From the NCBI GenBank assembly GCA_002269645.1, contig NIVC01001000.1, forward strand, positions 62,001 through 126,000: 64,000 nucleotides of DNA. The letters are read 5' to 3'. Positions within the stretch are counted from its first letter, which is position 1; each line of letters begins with the position of its first letter. The notes beneath the pieces are model-generated. The model made no database searches and was not told where the DNA came from. It saw nothing but the letters and a program-made list of their open reading frames with translations. This document shows, one piece after another, positions 59,989 through 64,000 of this stretch. The DNA comes from Macrostomum lignano. Taxonomy: Eukaryota. The translations under genes were made by a program, and so were the position numbers.

Positions 59989-61095
59989 TCAAATGGCTTT
60001 TCTTGTGTGGAGCCTTGAGTGCCTAGTAAGATGGCTGCTGTCACTGAATCTCTTGCCGCACACTTTGCACTCAAATGGCTTTTCTCCTGTGTGCAGCCTT
60101 GAGTGCCTAGTGAGATGGCTGCTGACACTGAATCTCTTGCCGCACACTTTGCACTCAAATAGCTTTTCTCCTGTGTGCTGCCTGGAGTGTCTAGTAAGGC
60201 TGCTGCTGACACTGAATCTCTTGCCGCATACTTTGCACTCAAATGGCTTTTCTCCTGTGTGCAGCCTTGAGTGCCTAGTGAGATGGCTGCTGACACTGAA
60301 TCTCTTGCCGCACACTTTGCACTCATATGGCTTTTCTCCTGTGTGCTGCCTGGAGTGTGTAGTAAGGCTGCTGCTGACACTGAATCTCTTGCCGCACACT
60401 TTGCACTCAAATGGCTTTTCTCCTGTGTGCTGCCTGGAGTGTGTAGTAAGGCTGCTGCTGACACTGAATTTCTTGCCGCACACTTTGCACTCAAATGGCT
60501 TTTCTCCTGTGTGCAGCCTTGAGTGCGTTGTGAGATTGCTGCTGTCACTGAATCTCTTGCCGCACACCTTGCACTCAAATGGCTTTTCTCCTGTATGCTG
60601 CCTGGAGTGTGTAGTAAGGCTGCTGCTGTCACTGAATCTCTTGCCGCACACCTTGCACTCAAACGGTCTCTCACCAGTGTGAGACCGGCTGTGCACGTGC
60701 AGATCGTGTTTTGCTGAGAAGGACTTCCCACACCGCTTGCATTTGTGCGGTTTTGCCTTCCTGTGCACCACACTAATGTGAGCATTGAGATAGCTTCTCC
60801 TGGAGAACTTCTTTTGACAAGTGTCGCACTGGAACGGCTTCTGGAGACCCTGAGCACTATTTGTCACTGCACGACCGCCATCTGCACACGGCTTCATCGC
60901 TGACTCATTGCGAGACGCGACCTGCTCGACCGCCGCCGCTCTGCCAGCTTCTGAGTTGGTCGCAGCCGCCTCCTCAGGCTCCGAGTCGCGGCCAATTCCG
61001 TGTCACCGCACATGACGCAAGTACTGCGCCGCTGCCGGTCGGGTGCGGCAGAACCGCCTGGGACAAAACGGGCAGGCGACAGAGCCCCGGCGCAT
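59989..61095 (-). pseudogene. C2H2 zinc-finger copy Z5 with an early nonsense codon (TCA to TGA at 61005-61003); an internal ATG at 60897 leaves a 302-aa frame
   Basis: Plus strand reads GTGTCACCG here versus GTGTGACCG in all other copies. It is otherwise Z1/Z4-like, with finger 1 having I to D at position -1. Confidence 0.75.
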
Positions 61096-61949
61096 CTCTG
61101 AGAAACTGTGGGGCTACAATCCGTGCTGAGATGCCGATGCTCGAAGCCCGTCTCTGCCTTGAGCTGCAATGCGGAGCGATAGAGACTTCGTCACTTTGTC
61201 ATCCAAGTTTGAATGACGTTCAAAGATTTTTAAACACGTATTGTCAGAAGATTCCGTTTAATTATAAAGATAGTTGGGTATTTTAGTATGGAGACAAAAT
61301 ATTTAAGCATTCAATTTGCATCTGAATGCATTGAGGTTCATTTTAATGAATAAAGGCAAAAATATTTTTTAAACTTGTTTTTTGTAGCTACCCGTGCACC
61401 GAATTTCACTTATGTACTTTTTATGAAATTTCTCTTACAATACGTATGAATATACTCTTATTATCATTTGCTGCAAAATTAACAAAACGAAATTGCTGAC
61501 CCACGATTATATAACTGTAGTAGTCAGCATAGCAGCAGCAATTACGCAATTATTTGTCAGAAATGAAAACACACGGGGCAATTAAAGGATTTGCTGTTAT
61601 ATGCCCAAATAAAAAACACACATGAATGAGTTTACGTTGCCTATTAAGTCATTAAAAAAGCAATTAAAATATCCTGGCAAACATTTAAACAAAACAATTA
61701 GTAAGGAAAACAAGTAAAATTTGAATGCCACCGGTGTAATTTATAAATACAGGGGAGAAAAGGTTCGATAATAACGCTTTATTGAACAAAATCGAAACGC
61801 AAGTTAGGGAGTCAAAGGAAAAGTTGAAGTGCTAAGCACTTCTACAGTAAGTAATGAAATTATTGGGAAACAATTGGAAACCTTTGGCAGGAAAACAAAG
61901 TAAAAAGCTGATCTAGCAGTACAGTGCAGTATAGTATATGCAGTGCCTA

Positions 61950-62272
61950 CTGGTCATTGATTGCTGTCAGTGTCACTAACTGGTCATTGAGTGCTGTCAC
62001 TAACTGCTCATTGAGTGCTGTCACTAACTGGTCATTGAGTGCTGTCACTAACTGGTCATTGAGTGCTGTCACTAACTGGTCATTGAGTGCTGTCACTAAC
62101 TGGTCATTGAGTGCTGTCACTAACTGGTCATTGAGTGCTGTCACTAACTGGTCATTGAGTGCTGCCACTAACTGGTCATTGAGTGCTGTCACTAACTGGT
62201 CATTGAGTGTTTTCATTAACTGGTCATTAAGTGCTGTCACTAACTGGCCATTAGGTTCTGTCACTAATTGGA
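61950..62272. repeat. 24-bp satellite array 6, about 13 units
   Basis: Read directly. Confidence 0.95.
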
Positions 62273-62506
62273 TATCGGATTAGCTTCCGAATGCATCACT
62301 TTAAGAGAATTCAACAAAGTCCGAATATCATGAATAAAACGACAAAACAGCTGCTAAAGGATTCCGAGCACACTAAAGACCAAGACCGATTGTGCACGTC
62401 GGCAATGACGGAGCGCCGCAAGGGTGAATATTCGCTACAGAAAGTGCAGTCGGAGTGCCACTTAAGATTGTTGACTTGATTGAATTTCTTGCCGCACACT
62501 TTGCAC

Positions 62507-63613
62507 TCAAATGGCTTTTCTTGTGTGGAGCCTTGAGTGCCTGGTAAGATGGCTGCTGTCACTGAATCTCTTGCCGCACACTTTGCACTCAAATGGCTTT
62601 TTTTGTCCTGTGTGCAGCCTTGAGTGCTTAGTGAGACAGCTGCTGACACTGAATCTCTTGCCGCACACTTTGCACTCAAACGGCTTTTCTCCTGTATGCT
62701 GCCTTAAGTGCCTAGTCAGATGGCTGCTGTCACTGAATCTCTTGCCGCACACTTTGCACTCAAATGGCTTTTCTCCTGTGTGCTGCCTGGAGTGCTTAGT
62801 GAGACAGCTGCCGTCACTGAATCTCTTGCCGCACACTTTGCACTCAAATGGCTTTTCTCCTGTATGCAGCCTTGAGTGCCTAGTGAGATGGCTGCTGTCA
62901 CTGAATCTCTTGCCGCATACTTTGCACTCAAATGGCTTTTCTCCTGTATGCAGCCGTGAGTGCCTAGTGAGATGGCTGCTGTCACTGAATCTCTTGCCGC
63001 ATACTTTGCACTCAAATGGCTTTTCTCCTGTATGCAGCCTGGAGTGTGTAGTAAGATGACTGCTGACACTGAATATCTTGCCGCACACTTTGCACTCAAA
63101 TGGCTTTTCTCTTGTGTGCAGTCTGGAGTGTGTAGTAAGGCTGCTGCTGTCACTGAATCTCTTGCCGCACAACTTGCACTCAAATGGTCTCTCACCAGTG
63201 TGAGACCGGCTGTGCACGTGCAGATCGGGTTTCGCTGAGGACTTCCCACACCGCTTGCATTTGTGCGGTGTTGCCTTCCTGTGCACCACACTAATGTGAG
63301 CATTGAGATAGCTTCTCCTGGAGAACTTCTTTTGACAAGTGTCGCACTGGAACGGCTTCTGGAGACCCTGAGCACTATTTGTCACTGCACGACCGCCATC
63401 TGCACACGGCTGCATCGCTGACTCATTGCGAGACGCGACCTGCTCGACCGCCGCCGCTCTGCCAGCTTCTGAGTTGGTCGCAGCCGCCTCCTCAGGCTCC
63501 GAGTCGCGGCCAATTCCGTGTGACCGCACATGACGCAAGTACTGCGCCGCTGCCGGTCGGGTGCGGCAGAACCGCCTGGGACAAAACGGGCAGGCGACAG
63601 AGCCCCGGCGCAT
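62507..63613 (-). CDS. C2H2 zinc-finger protein copy Z6 (368 aa; 8 repeat fingers including novel DGSCLTK/VSSCLTK helices)
   Basis: ORF with repeated C2H2 fingers; shares the Phe-less second finger with Z3. Confidence 0.88.
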   Translation of the reverse strand: MRRGSVACPFCPRRFCRTRPAAAQYLRHVRSHGIGRDSEPEEAAATNSEAGRAAAVEQVASRNESAMQPCADGGRAVTNSAQGLQKPFQCDTCQKKFSRRSYLNAHISVVHRKATPHKCKRCGKSSAKPDLHVHSRSHTGERPFECKLCGKRFSDSSSLTTHSRLHTREKPFECKVCGKIFSVSSHLTTHSRLHTGEKPFECKVCGKRFSDSSHLTRHSRLHTGEKPFECKVCGKRFSDSSHLTRHSRLHTGEKPFECKVCGKRFSDGSCLTKHSRQHTGEKPFECKVCGKRFSDSSHLTRHLRQHTGEKPFECKVCGKRFSVSSCLTKHSRLHTGQKKPFECKVCGKRFSDSSHLTRHSRLHTRKAI

Positions 63614-64000
63614 CTCTGAGAAACTGTGGGGCTACAATCCGTGCTGAGATGCCGATGCTCGAAGCCCGTCTCTGCCTTGAGCTGCAATGCGGAGCGATAG
63701 AGACTTCGTCACTTTGTCATCCAAGTTTGAATGACGTTCAAAGATTTTTAATCACGTATTGTCAGAAGATTCCGTTTAATTATAAAGATAGTTGGGTATT
63801 TTAGTATGGAGACAAAATATTTAAGCATTCGATTTGCATCTGAATGCATTGAGGTTCATATTGAAAGAACAAAGGCAATTTTTTTTTTCAATTATTTTTT
63901 CTACCCATGCACCGAATTTCACCAATGTACTTTTTTAAGACATTAGCATGTGAAATTTCTCTTACAATACGTATGAATATACTCGTATTATCATTAGCTG

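Noticed and set aside
61003-61005. In-frame TGA in Z5 as selenocysteine
   Set aside because: It replaces a Ser codon found in all five sister copies, is not at a Cys position, and no SECIS was identified.
38791-62272. 24-bp arrays as a CRISPR array or as coding TALNDQLV/SAVTNWSL repeat proteins
   Set aside because: Units are head-to-tail with no unique spacers and there are no cas genes; the host is eukaryotic. The ORFs arise because 24 is a multiple of 3, and they are broken at random by ACTAG variants.
40262-63804. Antisense and alternate-frame ORFs overlapping the ZNF genes (e.g. [11 protein letters not shown].., [10 protein letters not shown].., MSLHDRHLH..)
   Set aside because: These are shadows of the 84-bp finger repeat and of GC-rich coding sequence, with no independent domain signal.

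Overview
Intron-rich, repeat-rich animal genomic DNA; the style resembles a flatworm such as Macrostomum, but that is inference only. The left half holds spliced minus-strand genes whose introns are filled with unrelated mini/microsatellites: a 3-exon PAAT/C10orf88-like gene, a 2-exon secreted PAN-like/fibrinogen-related gene and an 8-exon TTC7 gene. It also holds a hAT-type element (8-bp TSD) carrying a Gypsy/Ginger-like integrase remnant, a young but doubly frameshifted Ty3/Gypsy LTR retrotransposon, a tRNA-SINE and mariner derivatives. The right half (about 37.6-64 kb) is a tandem array of six cassettes. Each cassette is a single-exon C2H2 zinc-finger gene, with 84-bp finger repeats varying mainly at helix positions -1/3/6, joined at fixed boundaries to a variable-length 24-bp satellite array. 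The cassettes form two blocks of three, offset by about 16.3 kb, with the last two exons of SCFD1/Sly1 stranded at the junction. All family assignments come from motif recognition and recall, not database searches.
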